From the NCBI GenBank assembly GCA_016716465.1, contig JADJWH010000001.1, positions 365,414 through 429,413 of the forward strand: DNA of 64,000 nucleotides. Direction: 5' to 3'. The position numbers and the translations under genes were made by a program. The stretch's first letter is position 1, and each line of letters starts with the position of its first letter. Source of the DNA: Gammaproteobacteria bacterium. GTDB taxonomy: Bacteria > Pseudomonadota > Gammaproteobacteria > SZUA-140. The notes under the pieces are model-generated. The model worked only from the letters and a program-made list of their open reading frames with translations, did not search any database and was not told the DNA's origin. Shown here piece by piece: positions 1-8,465 of the stretch.

Positions 1-543
1 GATCCGGACTTTCAGGGCGCGCCGTTTCAGAAGCTGATCGTGGTGGGCATTTCGGAGGTTGAAGGTAACCGCCGCATCTTCGAGGACGAGTTTTCCACCG
101 CGCTGCGCGCCAAGGGGCTGGAGGCGGTGCAGAGTTACACCCTGCTGCCGGAGACGGCAAAACCCGGCAAGAGCGACCTGGAGGAGGCGGTCAAACAGGT
201 GGGAGCCGACGGCGTGATCATCGCGCGGGTGGTCGACATCAAGCACAAGTCGGAATTCTCGCCGGGCTATGCCACGGTGGTCCCGGTCGCCGGATATCCG
301 TACGGAGTCTATCAATACTATGGTGGCGCGACGATCGTCACGCCTCCCACCGTCTATACTTATGAAGTCGTCCAGGTCGAAACCAGCCTGTGGCGCACCA
401 GTGATGCGAAGCTGGTCTGGTCGGCGACAACCGCCACGACGGATCCCGCCACACTCTCGAAAGAGATCCCCGGCTATACGAAGGTCATCCTCGGCGCCTT
501 GCAGGAGCGCGGACTGATCCCTGGCGGGATCAGTTCGCGTTAA
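1..543 (+). CDS. hypothetical protein, C-terminal fragment (the reading frame is open from base 1; the listed ORF starts at 40)
   Basis: Open frame continues to the window edge. High-GC codon usage matches the core genome. The stop at 543 is followed by a hairpin and T-run. No recognisable catalytic motif. Confidence 0.5.
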   Translation, partial: DPDFQGAPFQKLIVVGISEVEGNRRIFEDEFSTALRAKGLEAVQSYTLLPETAKPGKSDLEEAVKQVGADGVIIARVVDIKHKSEFSPGYATVVPVAGYPYGVYQYYGGATIVTPPTVYTYEVVQVETSLWRTSDAKLVWSATTATTDPATLSKEIPGYTKVILGALQERGLIPGGISSR

Positions 544-619
544 ACGAACCGGGCACGCCGGGTTCAGGCCTTGCCCCTGAGCCTGGCATGATAGGAAGGG
601 AGCGATCGACAAAACGAGA

Positions 620-655
620 GGGGACGGACGGGAAGGTCCGTCCCCTTTTGTTTTT
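620..655 (+). terminator. rho-independent terminator candidate
   Basis: 9-bp stem ggggacgga/tccgtcccc at 620-628 and 637-645, followed by ttttgttttt, about 77 nt downstream of the stop at 543. Confidence 0.5.
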
Positions 656-666
656 CGGGGCGGATG

Positions 667-690
667 GGGACAGATTTAAATCTGTCCCCT
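667..690. repeat. REP-like palindrome GGGGACAGATTT-AAATCTGTCCCC, copy 1
   Basis: Perfect 12+12 inverted repeat. Near-identical copies at 1531-1555 and 1578-1602. Confidence 0.7.
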
Positions 691-693
691 TGT

Positions 694-1518
694 TTAGTTT
701 TCCAGCGGCACCGGCACGTTCAGCAGCAGCGCCGGGTCCACGCGGACGCCGTTCAGGCTCACCCCCCAGTGCAGGTGCGGGCCGGTGGCGCGGCCGGTCT
801 TGCCGACCTTGCCGATCGGGTCGCCGCGCTTCACCGTCTGGCCCGCCTTCACATCGATCTCGCTCAGGTGGCAGTAGAGCGTGATGAGGCCCTGGCCGTG
901 ATCGAGGAAGACGCTGTTGCCGTTGAAGAAGTACTCTCCGGTGTCGGCCACGACGCCGTCGGCGGGGGCGTGGACCAGGGTGCCGGTCGGGGCCGCGAGA
1001 TCAAGCCCGCTGTGAGGTTTGCGCGGCAAGCCATTGAAAAACCTTTGTAGTCCGAAGGGACTGCTCTGCACGCCCGGCACCGGCAGGTCGAAGGCCGGCA
1101 ACCCGAGCGGGCGCTCCTCCCAGCGGTCGTAGATCGCCGTCATATGACGCGTCTCGCCCTCGATGCGCTTCAGATCCTCCGCCAGCGGCTCGACCTTGCG
1201 CTGGTCGGTGATGGTCAGATGCTGGGCGGCGTATTGCTTGCCCTGCACGGTGAAGGCGAGGGTGTTCGCCTTGTCGTCCGGACGGCCGAGGTACAGCCAG
1301 TGTTTGCCTACCTTGGTCTCGAGCGGGAGCCCGACCACGGCGACCCAGTCCTCGCCGTCACGCGCCACCAGCACGCGCCGGCCGGCGTAAAACGCGTGCG
1401 GCGGTTCCGCCGTTTTCGCCGGCAAGGGAATGAACGCGATGCCGCCGGGCACCGGCGCAGTGGCGGGGAGTTCGCGGGCATGCGCGGTGACGGCGATGAG
1501 CAGGGAGAGCAGCAGCAT
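694..1518 (-). CDS. M23-family (LytM-like) metallopeptidase, secreted
   Basis: C-terminal region FLDHGQG..LYCHLSEI..GDPIGKVGKTGRATGPHLHWGV matches M23 HxxxD and HxH motifs. A signal-peptide-like MLLLSLLIAVTAHA follows the ATG at 1518. The listed ORF extends to 1620 across the palindromic repeats, so 1518 is the more plausible start. Confidence 0.8.
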   Translation of the reverse strand: MLLLSLLIAVTAHARELPATAPVPGGIAFIPLPAKTAEPPHAFYAGRRVLVARDGEDWVAVVGLPLETKVGKHWLYLGRPDDKANTLAFTVQGKQYAAQHLTITDQRKVEPLAEDLKRIEGETRHMTAIYDRWEERPLGLPAFDLPVPGVQSSPFGLQRFFNGLPRKPHSGLDLAAPTGTLVHAPADGVVADTGEYFFNGNSVFLDHGQGLITLYCHLSEIDVKAGQTVKRGDPIGKVGKTGRATGPHLHWGVSLNGVRVDPALLLNVPVPLEN

Positions 1519-1530
1519 TAGCAGCGAGAT

Positions 1531-1602
1531 GGGGACGGATTTCAAATCCGTCCCCGTCCACTTCGAAGCAGCCCGCCGGGGACAGATTTCAAATCTGTCC
1601 CC
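1531..1602. repeat. Two tandem copies of the GGGGACRGATTTCAAATCYGTCCCC palindrome (1531-1555 and 1578-1602)
   Basis: Direct reading. They sit between the xseA stop (1613) and the M23 peptidase start. Confidence 0.7.
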
Positions 1603-1612
1603 TTCTTCACGC

Positions 1613-2983
1613 CTACTCATCCCGCGTCTCCTTCACGTCGCACAGCAGCCGGCCGCGGGCGAGGCGCGCCTCGACGCTGTCGCCGACGCCGAGCGTGCGC
1701 GCGTCGCGCACGATGCTGCCGTCGGGGCGGCGCACGATGGCGTAGCCGCGGCCGAGCGTCGCCAGCGGGCTCACGGCGTCGAGCGCGCGGCCGAGGCCGG
1801 TGATGCGGTCGCGATGGCGTTCGAGGCGGCGCCGCAAATGCTCGCGCAGGCGCTGGGCGAGGTGTTCACAGTGCTCGTGCGCGCGCTCGACCCGGTGCAG
1901 CGGCGTATGGCGCAGCAGCCGCGCGAGTCCGTGATCCAGCAACAGAAATCTGCGCCGGATCCCGGACCGCATGCCGCGCAGCAGCCGTTGTTCCAGTTCA
2001 TCAAGGCGCTGGGCCTGCTGGCGCAGACGCTGGCCCGGGTGCTGTTGCTGCAGGCGGCGGACAAGCCACTGCAGCCGCTCGGCGCGGCGCGCGAGACCCG
2101 CGCGCGTCACATCGCCCAGGCGTTCGTCCAGGCGATCCAGCCGGCGCAGCCAGTCGGCGCCGTCGGGGCTGACGCTTTCCGCCGCACCGGAAGGCGTCGG
2201 CGCGCGCAGGTCGGCGGCGAAATCCGCGATGGTGACGTCGACCTCGTGCCCGATGCCGGTGACGAGCGGGATGTCGCAGTCGGCGATGGCGCGCGCGACG
2301 ATCTCCTCGTTGAAGGCCCACAGGTCCTCCAGCGAACCGCCGCCGCGGCACAGGATCAGCACGTCGCACTCGGCGCGCGCCGAGGCCAGCCGGATCATGC
2401 GCGCGATCTCGGGCGCCGCCGTTTTGCCCTGCACCGGCACCGGGTACACCACTACCGGGATGGCCGGGAAACGCCGCCGCAGCACGGTGAGCACGTCGTG
2501 GATCGCCGCGCCCGTCGGTGAGGTGATCACGCCAATGCGGCGCGGCAGCGCCGGAATGGGCTGCTTGCGCTCGGCCTCGAACAGACCCTCGGCGAGCAGG
2601 CGCTGCTTGAGCTGCTCGAAGGCGCGGCGCAGGGCGCCGTCGCCGGCTTCCTCCAGGGATTCGACGATGAGCTGGTAGTCGCCGCGCGCCTCGTACAGGC
2701 TGACGCGCGCCCGCGCCAGCACCTGCATGCCGTCGGCGGGGCGGAAGCGGATCAGCTGGTTGCGGTTACGAAACATCGCGCAGCGCACCTGCGCCGCCGC
2801 GTCCTTGAGCGAGAAATAGAGGTGGCCGGAGGAGGGGCGGGCGAGGTTCGACAGCTCGCCCTCCACCCACAACAGGGGCAGGCCGGACTCGAGCAGCTCG
2901 CGCGCCTCGCGGTTCAGGCGCGAGACCGAATAGACGTCGCGTCCGGGCGTCGCGTCCCCCGGCAAACCGAGTTCTTCATCCAT
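1613..2983 (-). CDS. xseA: exodeoxyribonuclease VII large subunit
   Basis: N-terminal OB-fold region RDVYSVSRLNREARELLESGLPLLWVEGELSN...GHLYFSLKD and overall length match XseA. It is divergent from guaB, as in many proteobacteria. Confidence 0.93.
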   Translation of the reverse strand: MDEELGLPGDATPGRDVYSVSRLNREARELLESGLPLLWVEGELSNLARPSSGHLYFSLKDAAAQVRCAMFRNRNQLIRFRPADGMQVLARARVSLYEARGDYQLIVESLEEAGDGALRRAFEQLKQRLLAEGLFEAERKQPIPALPRRIGVITSPTGAAIHDVLTVLRRRFPAIPVVVYPVPVQGKTAAPEIARMIRLASARAECDVLILCRGGGSLEDLWAFNEEIVARAIADCDIPLVTGIGHEVDVTIADFAADLRAPTPSGAAESVSPDGADWLRRLDRLDERLGDVTRAGLARRAERLQWLVRRLQQQHPGQRLRQQAQRLDELEQRLLRGMRSGIRRRFLLLDHGLARLLRHTPLHRVERAHEHCEHLAQRLREHLRRRLERHRDRITGLGRALDAVSPLATLGRGYAIVRRPDGSIVRDARTLGVGDSVEARLARGRLLCDVKETRDE

Positions 2984-3106
2984 AAGGCGCCATGATACCC
3001 CAGGCGACGGCCAAAAAACGCTTTCGGGCTAAGGATTTGCCGCAGTTTACCCGGCCCCTCCGGATCCTTATAATAGTCAGAATTTTTCTCCGGCAGGCGG
3101 AACGTT

Positions 3107-4567
3107 ATGAAAATCCTGGAAGACGCACTCACTTTTGACGATGTCCTGCTCCTCCCCGACCACTCGACGGTGCTGCCGAAAGAGGTCAACCTGCGCACGC
3201 GCCTGACGCGGACGATCACCCTCAACATCCCGCTGATCTCCTCCGCCATGGACACGGTCACCGAGGCGCGGCTGGCCATCGCGCTGGCGCAGGAGGGCGG
3301 CATCGGCATCGTGCACAAGAACATGCCGGCCGACCAGCAGGCCCAGCAGGTGCGCATGGTGAAGAAGTTCGAGAGCGGGGTCATCAAGGATCCCATCACG
3401 GTCGGCCCCGACACCAGCGTGCGCGACGTGCTGAACCTCACGCGAGAGAACCAGATCTCCGGCGTGCCGGTGGTGCGCGGCGAGGACCTCGTCGGCATCG
3501 TCACGCGGCGCGACCTGCGCTTCGAGACCAATCGCGACCAGCCGGTCTCCGCCATCATGACGCCGAAGGAGCGCCTGGTGACGGTGAAGGAGGGCGCCGA
3601 GCGCGACGAGATCATCCGGCTGCTGCACAAGCACCGCATCGAGAAGGTGCTGGTGGTGAACGACAGGTTCCACCTGCGCGGCATGATCACCGTGAAGGAC
3701 ATCCAGAAGGCGAAGGACTTCCCCAACGCGTGCAAGGACGACTACGGCCGCCTGCGCGTGGGCGCCGCCGTCGGCACCGCCAATGACGAGCGCGCCGAGG
3801 CGCTGGTCGCCGCCGGGGTGGACGTGATCGTGGTCGATACCGCCCACGGCCATTCGCAAAAGGTGCTCGACACGGTGCGCTCGATCAAGAAGCGCTACCC
3901 CGACCTGCAGGTGATCGGCGGCAACATCGGCACCGCCGAGGCGGCGCGCGCGCTGTACGAGGCGGGCGCGGACGCGGTCAAGGTCGGCATCGGCCCCGGC
4001 TCGATCTGCACCACGCGCATCGTGACAGGCGTCGGTGTGCCACAGGTCAGCGCGATCGCCAACGTCGCCAACGCCCTGCGCGGCACCGACGTCCCGCTGA
4101 TCGGCGACGGCGGCATCCGCTTCTCGGGCGACCTCGCCAAGGCCATCGCCGCCGGCGCGCACTGCGTGATGATCGGCAGCATGTTCGCCGGCACCGAGGA
4201 ATCGCCGGGCGAGGTCGAGCTGTACCAGGGCCGCTCCTACAAGTCCTATCGCGGCATGGGCTCGCTCGGTGCGATGGCCGAGGCCTACGGTTCCTCCGAC
4301 CGCTACTTCCAGGATGCCGAATCGGCGGTGGAGAAGCTGGTGCCGGAGGGCATCGAGGGCCGCGTGCCGTACAAGGGCTCGGTGATCGCGATCCTGCACC
4401 AGCTGATCGGCGGCCTGCGCGCCAGCATGGGCTACACCGGTTGCCACAACATCGACGAGATGCGCACCAAGCCGCGCTTCGTCCGCATCACCACCGCCGG
4501 CATACGCGAGAGCCATGTCCACGACGTCAGCATCACGAAAGAGGCGCCGAATTACCGGATCGATTAA
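3107..4567 (+). CDS. guaB: IMP dehydrogenase
   Basis: 486 aa. Tandem CBS domains and catalytic region [31 protein letters not shown]-like sequence upstream. Confidence 0.97.
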   Translation: MKILEDALTFDDVLLLPDHSTVLPKEVNLRTRLTRTITLNIPLISSAMDTVTEARLAIALAQEGGIGIVHKNMPADQQAQQVRMVKKFESGVIKDPITVGPDTSVRDVLNLTRENQISGVPVVRGEDLVGIVTRRDLRFETNRDQPVSAIMTPKERLVTVKEGAERDEIIRLLHKHRIEKVLVVNDRFHLRGMITVKDIQKAKDFPNACKDDYGRLRVGAAVGTANDERAEALVAAGVDVIVVDTAHGHSQKVLDTVRSIKKRYPDLQVIGGNIGTAEAARALYEAGADAVKVGIGPGSICTTRIVTGVGVPQVSAIANVANALRGTDVPLIGDGGIRFSGDLAKAIAAGAHCVMIGSMFAGTEESPGEVELYQGRSYKSYRGMGSLGAMAEAYGSSDRYFQDAESAVEKLVPEGIEGRVPYKGSVIAILHQLIGGLRASMGYTGCHNIDEMRTKPRFVRITTAGIRESHVHDVSITKEAPNYRID

Positions 4568-4595
4568 GGGCGGGACGAGCTGAATTTCGTTCGTC

Positions 4596-4663
4596 ATTCC
4601 CGCGGAGGCGGGAATCCAGTCCGGCCGAGCAGACTGAACCCTGGATCCCCGCTTTCGCGGGGA
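4596..4663. repeat. Pair of 8-bp-stem palindromes (ATTCCCGC-ggag-GCGGGAAT at 4596-4615 and ATCCCCGC-tttc-GCGGGGAT at 4644-4663), REP/BIME-like
   Basis: Read directly in the guaB-guaA intergenic region. The flanks ggaatccag and ctggatcc are also mutually inverted. Confidence 0.55.
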
Positions 4664-4690
4664 TGACAGAAAAAGGCAGAGAACCGTAGG

Positions 4691-6343
4691 GTGGGCAGGG
4701 CGCCCCGTGCCTTGCCCACGGAATCACCACCGCAACCAAAAGAATCGACCGCCTTGGCCACCGCATCTCATCCGAACATCCACGCCGACCGCATCCTGAT
4801 CCTCGACTTCGGCTCGCAGTACACCCAGCTCATCGCGCGCCGCGTGCGCGAGGGCAAGGTCTACTGTGAGCTACACCCCTGGGACATGGATCCGGAGGCG
4901 ATCCGCGCGTTCCGGCCGAAGGGCATCATCCTGTCGGGCGGGCCGGACAGCGTCACCGCGGCGGACACCGGGCGCGCGCCGCCGGTGGTGTTCGAGCTCG
5001 GCGTGCCGGTGCTCGGCATCTGCTACGGCATGCAGACCATGGCCGCGCAGCTCGGCGGCAGGGTGGAGAGCGCGAAGCATCGCGAATACGGTTTTGCCCA
5101 GGTGCGCGCGCGCGGCCATACGCAACTGCTGCGCGACATCGAGGACCATGCCACGCCCGAGGGCTATGGCATGCTCGACGTGTGGATGAGCCATGGCGAC
5201 CATGTGATCGACCTGCCGCCCGGCTTCAAGCTGATGGCGAGCACCGATAATGCGCCCATCGCCGGCATGGCGGACGAGGCGCGGCGCTTCTACGGCGTGC
5301 AGTTCCATCCCGAGGTCACGCACACGCGCCAGGGCCAGCGCATCCTCGAGCGCTTCATGCACGAGGTTTGCGGCTGCGCCGCGCTGTGGACCTCCGGCAA
5401 TATCATCGACGACCTGATTGCGCAGATGCGCCGGCAGGTGGGCGAGGACCACGTCATCCTCGGCCTGTCCGGCGGTGTCGATTCCTCCGTGGTCGCCGCG
5501 CTGCTGCACCGCGCCATCGGCGACCAGCTCACCTGCATCTTCGTCGACAACGGCCTGCTGCGCCTGAACGAGGGCGACCAGGTCATGGCCGTGTTCGCCC
5601 AGCACATGGGCGTGAAGGTGATCCGCGTCGACGCCGAGGCACGCTTCCTCGGCGCGCTGAAGGGACTCAGCGACCCCGAACACAAGCGCAAGGCCATCGG
5701 CAAGACCTTCATCGAGGTGTTCGAGGACGAGGCCGGCAAGCTGAAGAACGCCAGGTGGCTCGCCCAGGGCACCATCTACCCCGACGTGATCGAATCCGCC
5801 GGGGCCAAGACCGGCAAGGCGGCCGTGATCAAGTCGCACCACAACGTCGGCGGCCTGCCCGAGGACATGAAGCTCGGCCTGGTCGAGCCGCTGCGCGAAC
5901 TGTTCAAGGACGAGGTGCGCCGCATCGGCGTCGAACTCGGCCTGCCGTCCGACATGGTCTATCGCCATCCCTTCCCCGGCCCCGGCCTCGGCGTGCGCAT
6001 CCTCGGCGAAGTGCACAAGGAATACGCCGACATCCTCCGCCAGGCCGACGCCATCTTCATCGACGAGCTGCGCAACAGCGGCTGGTACGACAAGGTGAGC
6101 CAGGCCTTCGCCGTCTTCCTCCCCGTCAAATCCGTCGGTGTCATGGGCGACGAACGCCGCTACGACTACGTCGTCGCGCTGCGCGCCGTCGAGACCATAG
6201 ACTTCATGACCGCCCGCTGGGCGCATCTGCCGTACGAACTCCTCGAACATGTTTCCAACCGGATCATCAACGAAGTGCGCGGGATATCGCGGGTGACTTA
6301 CGATATTTCCAGTAAGCCGCCGGCGACGATTGAGTGGGAATGA
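4691..6343 (+). CDS. guaA: GMP synthase (glutamine-hydrolysing)
   Basis: [21 protein letters not shown], glutamine amidotransferase Cys (GICYGMQ), ATP-PPase SGGVDSSV, and C-terminal ...KPPATIEWE. The true start may be later than 4691, for example the in-frame TTG at 4754, because homologues begin near ...[11 protein letters not shown]. Confidence 0.95.
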   Translation: MGRAPRALPTESPPQPKESTALATASHPNIHADRILILDFGSQYTQLIARRVREGKVYCELHPWDMDPEAIRAFRPKGIILSGGPDSVTAADTGRAPPVVFELGVPVLGICYGMQTMAAQLGGRVESAKHREYGFAQVRARGHTQLLRDIEDHATPEGYGMLDVWMSHGDHVIDLPPGFKLMASTDNAPIAGMADEARRFYGVQFHPEVTHTRQGQRILERFMHEVCGCAALWTSGNIIDDLIAQMRRQVGEDHVILGLSGGVDSSVVAALLHRAIGDQLTCIFVDNGLLRLNEGDQVMAVFAQHMGVKVIRVDAEARFLGALKGLSDPEHKRKAIGKTFIEVFEDEAGKLKNARWLAQGTIYPDVIESAGAKTGKAAVIKSHHNVGGLPEDMKLGLVEPLRELFKDEVRRIGVELGLPSDMVYRHPFPGPGLGVRILGEVHKEYADILRQADAIFIDELRNSGWYDKVSQAFAVFLPVKSVGVMGDERRYDYVVALRAVETIDFMTARWAHLPYELLEHVSNRIINEVRGISRVTYDISSKPPATIEWE

Positions 6344-6350
6344 TTCCACG

Positions 6351-6454
6351 TCTGGCACTGGCTGGCACCAGCAGGCACCAAACAGAACATAACACATTGT
6401 ATTTAATAGAATAATCCTATTTATATCTGGCACCTGCTGGCACTGGCAGGCACC
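6351..6454. repeat. Two 29-nt imperfect direct repeats, TCTGGCAC...GCAGGCACC, at 6351-6379 and 6426-6454
   Basis: Read directly just downstream of the guaA stop. Possible att-site-associated or recombination-directionality protein binding repeats. Confidence 0.5.
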
Positions 6455-6471
6455 GCCAAGCAAAGTTTTTT

Positions 6472-6625
6472 AATGGTATAAATCATGGTATCGTCGCCCA
6501 CAGGATCAGGGCTGCGACAAAATACCATGCCATGTTATTCAGTGTATTCATGGTATTAAAAATCATTAAGTACCTGAAAATAAAGAAAAAACACCAGAAA
6601 AATGTACCATGAAATAGCATGGTAT
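6472..6625. promoter_or_regulatory. Cluster of six (C)ATGGTAT / ATACCATG 8-mers upstream of int (putative arm-type or regulatory sites plus int promoter)
   Basis: Copies at 6472, 6484, 6522 (inverted), 6549, 6604 (inverted) and 6618, in an AT-rich ~300-bp leader. RBS GGGGAGGA at 6637. Confidence 0.5.
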
Positions 6626-6647
6626 TTTTTCCCTCAGGGGAGGACTT

Positions 6648-7850
6648 GTGATGCTGACGGATACCAAGCTCCGAAATTTGAAGCCCCAGGACAAGCTCTA
6701 CAAGGTGAACGACCGCGATGGGCTCTATGTGGCGGTGACACCAGCGGGAGGTATCTCCTTCAGATACAACTATTCGATTAGCGGTCGACAGGAGACGCTG
6801 ACGATAGGCCGGTATGGCAAGCGTGGCGTCACGCTTTCAGAAGCGCGAGAACGCGTCAGCGAAGCAAAGAAGATGATTGCGGCAGGGAAGTCACCGGCCA
6901 GGGAAAAGGCGCGTGACAAGAAGCGCGTGAAGAATGCCGAGACGTTCGGTGCATGGGCCGAAAAATGGCTGCGCGGCTATCAGATGGCTGAGTCGACACG
7001 CGACATGCGCAAGTCAGTCTACAACCGTGAGTTGAAGAAGCGGTTTGGCAATCAGAAATTGTCCGAGATTACCCATGAGGATCTCCGGGCAGTGACTGAT
7101 TCCATCGTCGAAAGAGGGGCTCCGGCAACAGCAGTTCATGCTCGTGAAGTAGTGTTGCAGGTTTTTCGTTGGGCAATTGAGCGCGGGCAGAAAGTAGAGA
7201 ACCCGGCGGAACTGGTTCGCCCTACCAGTATCGCCAGATTCGAGCCGCGCGATCGGGCATTGAGTCCTGCTGAAATTGGTCTGATGTATCGGTATATGGA
7301 TCGAGTCGGAACGTCGCCGCAATATAGAGCCGCGATAAAACTGCTGTTGCTGACCATGGTGAGAAAATCCGAGCTGTCCAATGCCACCTGGGCTGAGATC
7401 AATTTCAGCGAGGCTCTTTGGACTATTCCGAAAGAGCGAATGAAGCGCAGAAACCCGCACCTGGTGTATCTGTCACGTCAGGCTCTGGACATCTTTATCG
7501 CTTTAAAGACCTTTGCAGGTGGATCCGTATTTGTGCTCCCCTCGCGCTATGACTCAGACATCCCGATGAGCGCCGCTACCTTGAACCGCGTTCTGGCATT
7601 GACGTATCAGGCGGCCCAGAAAGACGGCGAACAGCTCAGCAAATTTGGCCCGCACGATCTGCGTCGTACAGCCAGCACCCTATTGCATGAAGCCGGCTAT
7701 AACACTGATTGGATTGAAAAGTGTCTTGCCCACGAGCAGAAAGGCGTGCGGGCAATCTATAACAAAGCCGAATACCGGGAGCAACGAGCTGCAATGTTAC
7801 AAGATTGGGCGGATATGATTAACGAGTGGACTAACGTGAAGCGGCAGTAA
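6648..7850 (+). CDS. int: P4-type tyrosine integrase
   Basis: N-terminal DUF4102-like LTDTKLRNLKPQDKLYKVNDRDGLYVAVTPAGGISFRYNY. C-terminal catalytic HDLRRT...IYNKAEY (R-H-R-Y). An ATG at 6651 is also possible as start. Confidence 0.9.
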   Translation: MMLTDTKLRNLKPQDKLYKVNDRDGLYVAVTPAGGISFRYNYSISGRQETLTIGRYGKRGVTLSEARERVSEAKKMIAAGKSPAREKARDKKRVKNAETFGAWAEKWLRGYQMAESTRDMRKSVYNRELKKRFGNQKLSEITHEDLRAVTDSIVERGAPATAVHAREVVLQVFRWAIERGQKVENPAELVRPTSIARFEPRDRALSPAEIGLMYRYMDRVGTSPQYRAAIKLLLLTMVRKSELSNATWAEINFSEALWTIPKERMKRRNPHLVYLSRQALDIFIALKTFAGGSVFVLPSRYDSDIPMSAATLNRVLALTYQAAQKDGEQLSKFGPHDLRRTASTLLHEAGYNTDWIEKCLAHEQKGVRAIYNKAEYREQRAAMLQDWADMINEWTNVKRQ

Positions 7851-8465
7851 ATTTTAGTAACTGAGGCCCGATCAGACACACAATGCCTGATTCCAAAGCG
7901 GACGTAGGCGATCGTCGGCTTTGGGCGGCTGCCGGCCAAAAAGCGACCACTCGGCCGGGAAATCCGAACGTCCGCTTTCCGTCGATGCGGTAACCCTCCA
8001 CCCTACGTGACAACTGCACGATTCCAAGAGGCTTAGCTGCTCGACTCGATGCAGGATGGTAGCGGGGGCAGGATATGCTCTGTTCCGACAGTTCCTATGC
8101 GAATTCATCTAAAGTAACCTCACTCTGTCAATAGACGCAAGCGCACCGGTACGGATTTTTTATCATACAAGACAGTGCACTCCAGATAGTATTTACGCCA
8201 TCAAGGATTGTACAACTTGACCAAAGGCTGAGCGTTCGCGATGTTTGATAACTCTGCGTATTCTTCTCAATTTACGCGCGCAGGCGCAGCGTAGGAGATA
8301 CTCGCCAAAGGCCTAAGTATTCTCGCTATGCAGCAGGAGACGGCTGGAAAACCAATGCAATGTTGGCTCAATATGCAAAAGTGATCGACGCGCTACACGG
8401 TGGTTCTGCGGAACTCGATGAGAAGTGCGGGCGAAGCCTGATCATGAATTAAGGAGAAATACAAC

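Noticed and set aside
1430-2521. 363-aa plus-strand ORF and several others overlapping xseA
   Set aside because: Shadow ORFs in high-GC sequence. xseA is clearly on the minus strand.
3077-4597. 506-aa minus-strand ORF spanning all of guaB
   Set aside because: Antisense shadow ORF typical of ~70% GC DNA. guaB on the plus strand has unmistakable IMPDH motifs.
4871-6463. 530-aa minus-strand ORF and a 315-aa Arg-rich plus-strand ORF (5368-6315) inside guaA
   Set aside because: Both are out-of-frame high-GC artefacts. Their Arg/Ala/Gly-rich low-complexity translations have no motifs. guaA accounts for the region.
6344-6650. Expected a tRNA gene between guaA and int, the usual ICE target
   Set aside because: No cloverleaf-compatible sequence or GGTTCGANTCC T-arm found. 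The junction appears to be the guaA 3' end itself.
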